Made by a program: the position numbers and the translations under genes | Assembly: GCA_037143195.1 (NCBI GenBank) | Contig: JBAWZD010000001.1 | Coordinates: 355,733 to 419,732, forward strand | Reading direction: 5' to 3' | Source: a bacterium | Lineage (GTDB): Bacteria; Patescibacteriota; Minisyncoccia; Phycocordibacterales; UBA9973 | Length of the DNA stretch: 64,000 nucleotides | The notes under the pieces: generated by a model | What the model saw: the letters and a program-made list of their open reading frames with translations, nothing else | What the model was told of the DNA's origin: nothing | Databases searched by the model: none | Shown: positions 18,991-27,896 of the stretch, one piece after another | Layout: every line of letters begins with the position of its first letter | Position numbering within the stretch: the first letter of the stretch is position 1

Positions 18991-20109
18991 ATGGCAAAAA
19001 AGAAAGACACAGTAGCAGAGCCAGTCGTGGTAGAAGAGCGCATTTTAAGTGAAATGCACACTCTCCTCGACAAAGGCACGACTCCCCTCACAGTTGAAAA
19101 ACTGATTGAAGGTCCAGTCATCGGCATCGAGAAAGCATCCGTATACATTGACCTTGGTCCTTACGGAACAGGTATCATCTATGGTCGCGAATACCGCAAC
19201 GCACGCGAAATCATCAAAAAGATGAACATCGGCGACGTTGTCAAAGCAAAGATCGTCGAGACAGAAAACGATGAAGGATATGTTGAGCTTTCCCTCAAAG
19301 AAGCAAAACAGGCTCTCATCTGGAGTGAAGCAGAAAAGGCAATCAAAGAACGTGCAATCTTCGACCTCGCGGTCAAGGATGCAAACAAGGGTGGACTCAT
19401 CATCGAATGGCAAGGTATCGCAGGATTCCTTCCAGCCTCACAGCTTAAGCCAGACCACTACCCTCGCGTTGAAGATTCTGACAAGGACAAGATCCTCAAG
19501 GAACTCAAGAAACTCATCGGTAAGCGTCTCAATGTCACGATCGTTTCAGCTATGCCAAAGGATGGCAAACTGATCTTCAGTGAGAAAGAGTCATCAACAG
19601 ATGAACGTCAGGCAGTCGTTGGCAAATATGCGCTCGGCGATGAACTCGAAACTACAGTTGCAGGAATCGTTGACTTCGGAGTGTTCCTCAAAGTTGAGGA
19701 AGGTCTCGAAGGTCTCGTTCACATCAGTGAACTTGATTGGGGTCTCGTAGAAGATCCTCGCCAGCTCTACAAAGTTGGTGACAAGGTCAAGGCAAAGGTT
19801 ATCGACATCAAAGACGGCAAAATCTCTCTCTCCATCAAGGCCCTCAAGGACAACCCATGGAAAGAGTTTGACGGCAAGCTCAAGAAAGGAGATATCATCA
19901 AGGGTGTTGTTATCAAATTCAACAAACATGGTGCTCTCGTTTCTATCAAGCAAGGTGTCGCAGGTCTCGTTCACCACTCAAACTTCGGATCAGAGGCAAA
20001 ACTCCGTGAGAAGCTCGAGCTCGGCAAGACATACACATTCCAGATCACTCTTTTCGATCCAAAGGAACAGCGCATGACGCTCTCATGGCTCGAAGAAAAG
20101 AAAGCGTAA
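18991..20109 (+). CDS. rpsA: 30S ribosomal protein S1 (short four-S1-domain form)
   Basis: 372 aa with repeated S1 domains (GxV.G.V..I.DFGVFV-type: IVDFGVFLKVEEGLEGLVHISEL). Confidence 0.9.
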   Translation: MAKKKDTVAEPVVVEERILSEMHTLLDKGTTPLTVEKLIEGPVIGIEKASVYIDLGPYGTGIIYGREYRNAREIIKKMNIGDVVKAKIVETENDEGYVELSLKEAKQALIWSEAEKAIKERAIFDLAVKDANKGGLIIEWQGIAGFLPASQLKPDHYPRVEDSDKDKILKELKKLIGKRLNVTIVSAMPKDGKLIFSEKESSTDERQAVVGKYALGDELETTVAGIVDFGVFLKVEEGLEGLVHISELDWGLVEDPRQLYKVGDKVKAKVIDIKDGKISLSIKALKDNPWKEFDGKLKKGDIIKGVVIKFNKHGALVSIKQGVAGLVHHSNFGSEAKLREKLELGKTYTFQITLFDPKEQRMTLSWLEEKKA

Positions 20110-20130
20110 TCAGCAATCGAATATGTTTTC

Positions 20131-20163
20131 ACAAAAGCACCCATCTTGGGTGCTTTTGTTTTG
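20131..20163 (+). terminator. rho-independent terminator of rpsA
   Basis: aaaagcaccca tctt gggtgcttttgtttt. Confidence 0.75.
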
Positions 20164-20223
20164 TCCATCACGAGCGTTTTGACTTATTCGCATGATAGTG
20201 CAATATGGAACAAAATACTCTTT

Positions 20224-20535
20224 ATGAAACTAATTATCTCAATATGCATATCGCTCTATGCATCGTATGTTGCTCACAAAAACGGAGAGAGCATCCGTGC
20301 TGTAATATTTTTCGATATATTTTATCTTATAGCTGGCTATGCTCAGCTTTTCGGACTAGAAAAAACAGGAAAAAGACTCCGAATGACACCAGATGGATCA
20401 ACGTTGAGAAAAGAATCACAGCCAATTGCAATTATTGTTGCATTCTCAGCAATAGCGCAAGTTCCATTTTTGCTATTGACGACGGCATCACTCATTGGGT
20501 ATGAAATATATCTTACTCAAAAAAAGCAAGCGTAA
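20224..20535 (+). CDS. hypothetical membrane protein (weak call)
   Basis: Three hydrophobic helices. The track's ORF start overlaps the rpsA terminator, so a later ATG at 20224 is used. Confidence 0.3.
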   Translation: MKLIISICISLYASYVAHKNGESIRAVIFFDIFYLIAGYAQLFGLEKTGKRLRMTPDGSTLRKESQPIAIIVAFSAIAQVPFLLLTTASLIGYEIYLTQKKQA

Positions 20536-20568
20536 TTGGGGAGTCACATCATGTGACTCCCCAATTTA
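20533..20568. terminator. bidirectional terminator hairpin between the 20224 ORF and pth
   Basis: aatt ggggagtcacat c atgtgactcccc aatt. Confidence 0.65.
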
Positions 20569-20573
20569 AGTTA

Positions 20574-21164
20574 CTAGTTATTAAACACCGTCATCATCTT
20601 CCCTCGCCCTTCGTGCGCGTACATGTCGAGTGATTCGCCAACACGCTTTGCGATTTTTTTCAATTCGGCAAGTTCGCTGTCTTTAAAATCTTTCATCAAA
20701 AAATCAATCACGGCCTGTTCGCCTTTTGGTTTTTTCATTTTGCCCCCAGGAGTTTCTGGCGAGACGCCAATACGAATACGCACGAATTCCTGACTCTTGA
20801 GTACTTTGATGATGTCGCCGAGACCGTTGTGCCCGCCACTCGAACGATCGAATGAAATCTTGATGCGACCGATAGGCAAATCGAGATCGTCATAAATCAC
20901 GACGAGATTTTCCAAATCTTTTTTGGCTTTGATGAGTGGCTTCACGCTCCCACCAGAATTATTCATAAAATTGTCTGGCGCAACAAATTGCATTTTAGTC
21001 GTGCCAATTTTGCCCGTAGCCCACAGCGCACGGGTGCGTTTGTCCGCGTACCAATCCGAAAAATCATTTTTCTTGGCAAGCATCTCCAAAATAATTCGTC
21101 CCGCATTGTGACGAGTCTGTACGTATTCCTCTCCTGGATTTCCAAGTCCTACAACTGTAAGCAT
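20574..21164 (-). CDS. pth: peptidyl-tRNA hydrolase
   Basis: MLTVVGLGNPG..YxxTRHNAG, and GHNG catalytic region. Confidence 0.95.
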   Translation of the reverse strand: MLTVVGLGNPGEEYVQTRHNAGRIILEMLAKKNDFSDWYADKRTRALWATGKIGTTKMQFVAPDNFMNNSGGSVKPLIKAKKDLENLVVIYDDLDLPIGRIKISFDRSSGGHNGLGDIIKVLKSQEFVRIRIGVSPETPGGKMKKPKGEQAVIDFLMKDFKDSELAELKKIAKRVGESLDMYAHEGRGKMMTVFNN

Positions 21165-21191
21165 TCAAACAGTATATCTCATTCGGAGCAC

Positions 21192-21335
21192 AACGGAAAC
21201 GGTGCAATTATGCAAAATGTGTGCTCCGAAAGCATCTTCGGAGCGCGACGGCGCGAGAATAAGGCGAAAATCCTTCAGGATTTTACGCCGGTGCTTTCGG
21301 AGGTCATATTTTGCATAATTGCACCGTTTCCGTTT
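21192..21335. repeat. long hairpin enclosing the same ~55-nt core as 14378-14518; copy B
   Basis: Arms aacggaaacggtgcaattatgcaaaat..ctccgaaagca pair with tgctttcggag..attttgcataattgcaccgtttccgtt. Core tcttCGGAGCGCGACGGCGCGAGaataAGGCGAAAATCCTTCAGGATTTTACGCCGg. The arm sequences are unrelated to copy A, but in both copies the arms are self-complementary. Confidence 0.8.
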
Positions 21336-21381
21336 GACAATATAAAGTACATTGTTGTCAATAGGGATTGTATACTACAAT

Positions 21382-21960
21382 ATGCCACATATGGATGAAA
21401 TTAAAAGCCCCCAGTCAAAATGGCATGGTGCCCGTGAATTCGGTAAGTTTATCTTCATGGTCGTCGCAATAGTAGTCGTGGTTCGTGTATTCATCGCCCA
21501 GCCGTTCGTCGTGTCTGGAACCTCAATGGTGCCTACATTTCAGGACAAAAACTACCTCATTGTCGATGAATTGACCTATGACTTCAAAAAGCCATCTCGT
21601 GGCGACGTCATCGTCTTCCATCCCCCAGTCGACATGAGTACCTACTACATCAAACGAGTCATCGGTCTTCCTGGTGATACCGTCACAATAAAAAACAGCG
21701 TCATCACTATCACAAATGTAAGTCATCAGGACGGACTCGTACTCACCGAAGACTACATCACCAAAGACACTCCCGACGACAATTTCTCTGTCACCGTTCC
21801 GGCCAATCAGTACTTCGTGATGGGAGACAATCGTCCCGCAAGTTTTGATTCACGCCGTTGGGGACTCCTTCCTGCAAAAAATATCACTGGCCGTGTCCTC
21901 TTCCGTCTCTTCCCCGTCAACGAAATCTCTATTTTCCCTGGCGAACATTCTAAATATTAA
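21382..21960 (+). CDS. lepB: signal peptidase I
   Basis: SGTSMVPTF (catalytic Ser box), KRVIGLPGD, GDNRPASFDSRRWG. Start placed at MPHMDEIK after the track's short N-terminal extension. Confidence 0.9.
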   Translation: MPHMDEIKSPQSKWHGAREFGKFIFMVVAIVVVVRVFIAQPFVVSGTSMVPTFQDKNYLIVDELTYDFKKPSRGDVIVFHPPVDMSTYYIKRVIGLPGDTVTIKNSVITITNVSHQDGLVLTEDYITKDTPDDNFSVTVPANQYFVMGDNRPASFDSRRWGLLPAKNITGRVLFRLFPVNEISIFPGEHSKY

Positions 21961-21976
21961 TTAATTATTCGCAGTA

Positions 21977-23299
21977 TTGTATATGCCTACATCAAAAAAA
22001 CCCGCAAAGAAAGCTGCTCCAAAGACAGGAGAACTCGCCGCACCAAAAGGAATGCGCGATCTCATTGGTGAAGAATATTATCTCTTTCAGGGATTCTTCG
22101 AAAAAGCTCAAGAGGTAGCAATGTATTACGGATTCAAACCCGTAGAGACACCAATGCTTGAACATGATTTCATTTTCAGCTCTGGAATCGGAGCTGGTAC
22201 TGACGTCGTCGACAAAGAAATGTACACGCTTCGCACAAAAGGTGGCGACATGCTCGCCCTTCGTCCAGAGCACACGGCGAGTCTCATGCGTGCATACATC
22301 GAACACGGTATGGCAAACCAGCCACAGCCATGTATGTTCTATCAATACGGTCCTTCATTCCGTCACGACAATCCGCAGAAAGGACGTTACCGCGAATTCT
22401 ACCAATTCGACATCGACGCACTTGGTTCTGAAAAAAGTATTCTTGATGCACTCGTCATCAAGACAATGCTCACCATCATCAATGAAAGTGGCGCACCAGC
22501 AACATCGATTGATCTCAACTCAATCGGTTGTAAAGATTGTCGCCCAGGATATGTTCGTGAACTTGTGAACTACTACAAGAAACATGTAAACAATCTTCCA
22601 GCAGTTGATCGCGAGCGTTTGAAAGCAAATCCACTTCGCATCCTTGATTCCAAAGAAGAAAAGACTCGCGAGATCAACGAAGGTGCTCCCGAAGCAATTT
22701 CATTCCTCTGTCCTGCATGTAAAAAGCACTTCAAAGAAGTCCTCGAATATCTTGAGGAAATGGAAGTGCCTTACAACATCAACAAGAATCTTGTTCGTGG
22801 TCTCTCCTACTACTCCCGCACAGTGTTCGAAGTCGTCGTTCCATCAGAAGACGGTGGCGCACCAATGGCAATCGCCGGTGGAGGTCGCTATGACTATCTC
22901 GGACGTCAGCTCGGAAGCAAAAAAGATATTCCAGCGATTGGTGTTGCGCTCGGCGTTGATCGTCTCATCTCGATGCCATGGTACAACAAGCACACTCCAC
23001 GCATCATCAAGAAGCCTCGCGTCTACTTCATCCAGCTCGGTATTGAAGCAAAGCTCAAGAGTCTCAACATCATTGAGATTCTCCGCAAAGCGCATGTCCC
23101 AATGGCACAGGCGCTCTCAAAAGATTCGCTCGGTGCACAGCTCGCAATGGCAGAAAAATCTGGTGCTCCATACACAATCATCTTCGGACAAAAAGAAGCC
23201 ATCGAACAGTCCGTCATTGTGCGCAATATGACTACGCGTTCTCAAGAAACAGTCAAACAAAAAAACTTGGCTGACTACATGAAAAATCTTAACAAGTAA
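21977..23299 (+). CDS. hisS: histidyl-tRNA synthetase
   Basis: Class II aaRS motifs. HisRS-specific GMRD, ALRPEHTAS, FYQFD, GGGRYDYL. C-terminal anticodon-binding domain. Confidence 0.93.
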   Translation: MYMPTSKKPAKKAAPKTGELAAPKGMRDLIGEEYYLFQGFFEKAQEVAMYYGFKPVETPMLEHDFIFSSGIGAGTDVVDKEMYTLRTKGGDMLALRPEHTASLMRAYIEHGMANQPQPCMFYQYGPSFRHDNPQKGRYREFYQFDIDALGSEKSILDALVIKTMLTIINESGAPATSIDLNSIGCKDCRPGYVRELVNYYKKHVNNLPAVDRERLKANPLRILDSKEEKTREINEGAPEAISFLCPACKKHFKEVLEYLEEMEVPYNINKNLVRGLSYYSRTVFEVVVPSEDGGAPMAIAGGGRYDYLGRQLGSKKDIPAIGVALGVDRLISMPWYNKHTPRIIKKPRVYFIQLGIEAKLKSLNIIEILRKAHVPMAQALSKDSLGAQLAMAEKSGAPYTIIFGQKEAIEQSVIVRNMTTRSQETVKQKNLADYMKNLNK

Positions 23300-23320
23300 T
23301 CACTCACCTGTTTCAAACTC

Positions 23321-23923
23321 ATGTTGACCATCGTCCAAAAAGAAAATCCTGTCTTGCGTGCAATCGCACAGGAAGTTCCGATTTCCGAAATTGAGAGCGC
23401 ACACATCAAGCGTGTCATTCGTGACATGAAAAAGATGCTCAAGACACAACCTGACGGTGTCGCTATTGCCGCACCACAGATCGGTGAATCGCTCCGCATC
23501 TTCGTCGTGTCTGGAAAAATCTTTGAAGAATCATGGCAGAAAGAACTCGTGCTTCCTGAAGGCACAGCAGTCCAGACGCCAGATCTCACATTCATCAATC
23601 CTCGAATTTTGAAACTTTCAAAGACAAAGAAATGGATGCACGAAGGATGTCTTTCGGTGCGACCACTCTGGGGTGAAGTTGAGCGTTCGACCAATGCAAC
23701 GGTCGAAGCGTATGATGAAACCGGCAAAAAATTTACCCGTGGAGCGGGCGGATTGCTCGCGCATATTTTCCAACACGAGACAGACCATCTTGATGGCGTG
23801 CTCTTCATCGACCGTGCACGAAATGTCGCCCCTGGAGAAGTTCCTCCTCCCGTGACTCCCGCAAAAAAGGCTCGTAAACCCAAAGCGCCAGTAAAAAAGT
23901 CGCCAACCAAAACGAAGAAATAA
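23321..23923 (+). CDS. def: peptide deformylase with a Lys-rich C-terminal tail
   Basis: GVAIAAPQIG, EGCLSV, HETDHLDG motifs. Confidence 0.95.
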   Translation: MLTIVQKENPVLRAIAQEVPISEIESAHIKRVIRDMKKMLKTQPDGVAIAAPQIGESLRIFVVSGKIFEESWQKELVLPEGTAVQTPDLTFINPRILKLSKTKKWMHEGCLSVRPLWGEVERSTNATVEAYDETGKKFTRGAGGLLAHIFQHETDHLDGVLFIDRARNVAPGEVPPPVTPAKKARKPKAPVKKSPTKTKK

Positions 23924-23924
23924 C

Positions 23925-24779
23925 ATGAATCCGCAAATCAAAATTGCATTCTGGGGCACGCCACAACTCACGACTCATTACCTCGATGCACTTGAGCAAG
24001 CAGGACTCAAACCTGCGCTCATTATTACAAACCCCGACCGCCCAAAAGGTCGTGGTCAGGAGATCGCACTCACTCCGGCAAAAGTCTGGGGTATCAAACA
24101 CAATGTGCGCGTCTTGCAACCAGAGCGACTTGATGAAGCTTTTTTTCAAGAATTTTTGGAATATAAAATAAACGTTTCGATTGTCGTCGCGTATGGATCA
24201 ATCCTTCCAGAACGCTTCATTGACGTACCTCAATTTGGCACGCTCAACGTCCACTACTCACTCTTGCCCCGCTACCGCGGGGCCTCACCCATCGAGGCCT
24301 CAATCCTCTCCGGAGACAAGGAAACCGGCGTTGCAATTCAAAAGATGGTTCGTCTGCTCGACAGCGGTCCACTCATTGCCGAGAAAATGGTGCCACTGGA
24401 TGAGCACCTGACCGCGCCAGAGCTTCGTGAGCACCTTTCTGTTGTCGGCGCACAACTCATGTTGGAAACGCTTCCCAAGTACCTCACGGGGCTCCTCACA
24501 CCCGCTCCACAAGACGAGTCCAAGGCAACATTCTGCACCAAAATCCAAAAGGAAGATGGCTTCCTTGATCTCACAGGTAATCCTGTCTACCTCTATCGCA
24601 AATACCGCGCATATTACGAATGGCCACGCACATTTTTCTTTTACGAGAGTAACAACAAAAAAGTTCGCCTGATCATTACCAGAGCGAACTTCGTTGATGG
24701 CGTATTCGTCGTCGAACACGTTTTGCCTGAAGGCAAGAAAGAAATGAGTTTCGACGATTTCAAACGCGGGTTTAAATAG
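23925..24779 (+). CDS. fmt: methionyl-tRNA formyltransferase
   Basis: IAFWGTPQ, NVHYSLLPRYRGASPI (formyltransferase SLLP motif). Follows def in the classical def-fmt arrangement. Confidence 0.95.
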   Translation: MNPQIKIAFWGTPQLTTHYLDALEQAGLKPALIITNPDRPKGRGQEIALTPAKVWGIKHNVRVLQPERLDEAFFQEFLEYKINVSIVVAYGSILPERFIDVPQFGTLNVHYSLLPRYRGASPIEASILSGDKETGVAIQKMVRLLDSGPLIAEKMVPLDEHLTAPELREHLSVVGAQLMLETLPKYLTGLLTPAPQDESKATFCTKIQKEDGFLDLTGNPVYLYRKYRAYYEWPRTFFFYESNNKKVRLIITRANFVDGVFVVEHVLPEGKKEMSFDDFKRGFK

Positions 24780-24802
24780 GGCCTAGATAAATCGCGCGAA
24801 AA

Positions 24803-25171
24803 TTATTTCTTCCACGAAAGTCCCTTCATCATAGATTTGATTTTGCGTGCACCGCGATGAAAGAGTGTGCGTCGTTTTGCATTACTCTGTGTGACTTCAC
24901 GCATGAGTTCTTCTTTGGCGAGATCTACCGCCGCAGTAATATCGCCCGCAACACCTGTCGCAAAAAATTCACGTTCGTGGAGTTTAAATTTCACTTCCAC
25001 ATGATATGAATCGTCGCGTGTACGTGCCGTCGCGCGCGAAACAGTGAGGAGTATTTCGTGACCAACATCGTCGGTCATAAAACGCTCAAACCCACGAAAA
25101 CGCTTCTCGATATAGTCACGAACCTTGTCCGAAATCGAAACCGTGTCCCCTGTTATTGTGTAAGTAATCAT
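24803..25171 (-). CDS. hpf: ribosome hibernation promoting factor / RaiA family
   Basis: 122 aa, MITYTITGDTVSISDKVRDYIEKRF..., YfiA/HPF-type beta-alpha-beta-beta-beta-alpha fold signature. Confidence 0.8.
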   Translation of the reverse strand: MITYTITGDTVSISDKVRDYIEKRFRGFERFMTDDVGHEILLTVSRATARTRDDSYHVEVKFKLHEREFFATGVAGDITAAVDLAKEELMREVTQSNAKRRTLFHRGARKIKSMMKGLSWKK

Positions 25172-25183
25172 GCGTATAGTATA

Positions 25184-25420
25184 TCACTCATTCTCTCCCG
25201 GCATAGTGATAGAAAAAATCTTGTGCGGACTCTGGTGTCCGGAAATGAGTCGAGCGGTATTCTCAGGCACGCCAAGCTCTCGCGCAATGAGCGTACGGAT
25301 GCGTACATTCGCGAGATTGCGCTCGGCTGGCTCTCGGACGCTGATCTCATAGCGGTCAGGCCCGAGTCTCGTCACAAGCTCCTTTTTGGCCCCTGCCGTA
25401 ACATTGACTCGGATGTACAT
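25184..25420 (-). CDS. DUF167/YggU family protein
   Basis: MYIRVNVTAGAKKE..LVTRLGPDRYEISVREPAERNLANVRIRTLIARELGVPENTARLISG. Start placed at the ATG at 25418-25420. Confidence 0.7.
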   Translation of the reverse strand: MYIRVNVTAGAKKELVTRLGPDRYEISVREPAERNLANVRIRTLIARELGVPENTARLISGHQSPHKIFSITMPGENE

Positions 25421-25513
25421 ATCTTTGCATTTTAGCACTTTTTTTGTTAGTATTTTTGAGTTCGTGACGCGTGTCCAAATGTGCGCCGAAGCGTGCCCTT
25501 GAAAACCCAATAT

Positions 25514-25829
25514 TCCCCTGTAGCTCAGCGGTAGAGCAATCGACTGTCAGTAAGGCAGCTTCCTAGAGAAATCTAGGTCGAAAACGAGGTGAACTCGGTG
25601 AAGCCCACGAAAGCAATTTCTGGGGTAATACCGAGCCAAGCTCTGATATCAAATTCAGAGAAGGTGTAGAGACTATCCCCTTTGCGGGAGTACTCCGACA
25701 TCTGTCGGCGGAAGCGCCTCGGCCCTCACAGACCAGAAATGGTCAGAGGGTATGATATAGTCCACCCCTTTAAGTAATTTTAGGACAAGTGTAATCGATT
25801 GGTCGCAGGTTCGATCCCTGCCGGGGGAG
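25514..25829 (+). tRNA. tRNA-Asn(GUU) interrupted by a group I intron in the anticodon loop (exons 25514-25547 and 25792-25829)
   Basis: 5' exon tcccctg ta gctcagcggtagagc a atcga ctgt. 3' exon taa tcgat tggtc gcagg ttcgatc cctgc cggggga g. Spliced product is 72 nt with anticodon loop ctGTTaa, discriminator G, and acceptor tcccctg/cggggga. Confidence 0.8.
25548..25791 (+). ncRNA. group I self-splicing intron (~244 nt) inserted between tRNA-Asn positions 35 and 36
   Basis: 5' exon ends in U and the intron ends in G (omega-G). A candidate P1 forms between exon ctgt and intron ggcag near the intron 5' end. The conserved group I core elements are present: ttcagagaaggtgtagagactatcc (R/P7-like) and atgatatagtccac (S element GAUAUAGUCC, 25754-25763). 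Confidence 0.75.
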
Positions 25830-27533
25830 CAGAGTAGGACACACGTCCTCAAAAACCGCATTTCGTCCTGAAGTATCAAGTATATTTTTAGGTTCGAACT
25901 GCGGATTTTTTGTTTTTGCTTCAAGCAATCCTTTTTCGATCGTCTTATACAGAATTCCCTTTGTAATTATTACTTTTTTCTCGGTTAAAGTTAGGTTCGA
26001 ACCCAAACTAGAGAGTGCCTCCGTAATCTCTTCAAAATCGCCACTTTTGATAACTTCTTCCAATTCCGTGAGAATCTCGAGCTTATTGGTAACATCTCTC
26101 ATATCGAGCTTAAAGTCTTGTCCTACGCCCATTCTGGCGCGAACATTCGCCATTTCTCCCTTTATTTCTAACTCTTTTTCTCTAAAGCCCTCCTCGTCCG
26201 TAAAACCTCTTGTGTACGCATCAAGTAATCGTCCATGCTGTTCTTCGAGTCGCTTCATATCCTGATGCCAGCTGTTTTCGATCGTTTTGTCAGTCGTTTT
26301 CTGCTTATGTTCTAATATCTCTATGTTATCAATACACCACCTCGCAAGAGGTGGTGAGAGAGCAATTGTGCGGATATAATCATCTACAACCTGTTCACCA
26401 AGGACACTTTCGCTGAAGCTTTTCGCTGGACAATCAGGCACTTTCTTTTTTGTGCAGTGATAATAGATATAATTTAAAACTTTATTCTTGATACTACGTA
26501 AACCACTACCACATTTGGGACACGCACTTTTATTCGACACAGCAAACTTGTTTTTGCAATTACCACACATAATCTGCAGTTTCTTTTCAGCAGTAACTGA
26601 ACCACCGCAGTGTCCGCATTTTAAGAAATTCTTGTACGGAAATTCTTCTCTATGGGTGGATGATCGCGGATTACCTCTACGACGAATCAATTTGAGAATT
26701 TTGTAATGCTCTCGTTCTGTTATCATCCGTGGCACTAAGGGATTCACTTCATACCTGACAGTGTTCCCATCCGAATCTTTACCGAAGAAGAATCCTGCAT
26801 AGAATGGATCACTGAGCATCTTGTACGTCAGCGAAAGTTTCAATGGTTTACCTCCAAACTTCTTTCTCGCAACACTATGAAGCATAAAATCGTTCACAGC
26901 AACACGGTGCAATTCTCTGACTGAATATTTCTCTGTTAGAAACATTTGAAATAGTTTTTTGACGATTTCAAATCTTTCTGGATCAATCAACGTTTTTCGA
27001 AACCCCTTTTCTCCTCGATCATTCGCATATCCGATTTTTGCAATTCCGGGCGGATATCCCATCTGTCGCTTTTTCACAAGCCCGCGCTTAACGTTCTCGC
27101 CCTTGTTGTCGTTCTCCATCTTTGCCTGACTACAGAGCATCGTGAAGAAAAACTTGTCAGAGGGTGTATTTCGGAATATCTGTTGTTTGGTAATTATATA
27201 TTTTAATTTTTCCTCATCTAACAAATCAACCAGTCGCCCAGCATCTCCAGCATTTCTCGAAAGACGATCAGGGTGCCACGTGATAATTGCTTGCACGCTA
27301 CCTTTGTTAATATCTTTAACCATCTGCTCAAAGACAGGTCGTTGTCCTGATTTCTTTGCTGATTTTGCTTCGGTCAATTTTTCGCTTTCTTGTAATTCAA
27401 AACCATAGCTTATAGCAAGTTTATCTGTCTCAGCTTTTTGTGATTCTATCGACAATGCCTGACGTTCTTCTTGCTCGCTTGATTTGCGATTATATGAGCG
27501 TGCTTTAAGTCCTTTGAATTCACCTTTATCCAT
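25770..27533 (-). CDS. large serine recombinase (phage-integrase-type, resolvase/invertase catalytic domain plus recombinase and zinc-ribbon domains)
   Basis: N-terminus ARSYNRKSSEQEERQALSIESQ (catalytic Ser region), central recombinase domain, Cys cluster CGHCGGSV...CGNCKNKF...CPKCGSG, coiled-coil tail. The 3' end (…LPRQGSNLRPIDY) is encoded antisense to the tRNA-Asn T-arm and 3' exon. Confidence 0.85.
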   Translation of the reverse strand: MDKGEFKGLKARSYNRKSSEQEERQALSIESQKAETDKLAISYGFELQESEKLTEAKSAKKSGQRPVFEQMVKDINKGSVQAIITWHPDRLSRNAGDAGRLVDLLDEEKLKYIITKQQIFRNTPSDKFFFTMLCSQAKMENDNKGENVKRGLVKKRQMGYPPGIAKIGYANDRGEKGFRKTLIDPERFEIVKKLFQMFLTEKYSVRELHRVAVNDFMLHSVARKKFGGKPLKLSLTYKMLSDPFYAGFFFGKDSDGNTVRYEVNPLVPRMITEREHYKILKLIRRRGNPRSSTHREEFPYKNFLKCGHCGGSVTAEKKLQIMCGNCKNKFAVSNKSACPKCGSGLRSIKNKVLNYIYYHCTKKKVPDCPAKSFSESVLGEQVVDDYIRTIALSPPLARWCIDNIEILEHKQKTTDKTIENSWHQDMKRLEEQHGRLLDAYTRGFTDEEGFREKELEIKGEMANVRARMGVGQDFKLDMRDVTNKLEILTELEEVIKSGDFEEITEALSSLGSNLTLTEKKVIITKGILYKTIEKGLLEAKTKNPQFEPKNILDTSGRNAVFEDVCPTLLPRQGSNLRPIDYTCPKIT

Positions 27534-27591
27534 ATAGGTTACATAACAACACATACCAAGTAATGGCTTCGAAGTCCATACCCAGCGGTTA

Positions 27592-27759
27592 TTAGCGATT
27601 ATTTTTTATAATGCGCCTGCAGGCGTGTTTCTTTGCCAGCATTGCCATTCGTAGGAGTCGAGTCGCGAGCTCAACGGCTTCAGCATGCGACAACTGAACA
27701 CCATAATCCTGATCGATTATTTCGATAAGTCGGCTAAGTTGTTTCGCTGATAAGTCCAT
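27592..27759 (-). CDS. small helical protein immediately upstream of the recombinase (candidate Xis/RDF or regulator)
   Basis: MDLSAKQLSRLIEIIDQDYGVQLSHAEAVELATRLLRM.... A 14-bp inverted repeat (27761-27802) overlaps its start. Confidence 0.35.
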   Translation of the reverse strand: MDLSAKQLSRLIEIIDQDYGVQLSHAEAVELATRLLRMAMLAKKHACRRIIKNNR

Positions 27760-27896
27760 ACAAAATGGCCAACAGGACGGTGACTTCCTGCTGGCCATTT
27801 TGTATGACGTCACCGTATGGTCAACGCAAAACGCGCTACCACATTTCTATGGTGACGCGTTTTGATTCGATAATCTCCCTAGGTTTTAGAGGGTCT

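Noticed and set aside
23275-23910. 211-aa minus-strand ORF across def
   Set aside because: Antisense to peptide deformylase with all three catalytic motifs.
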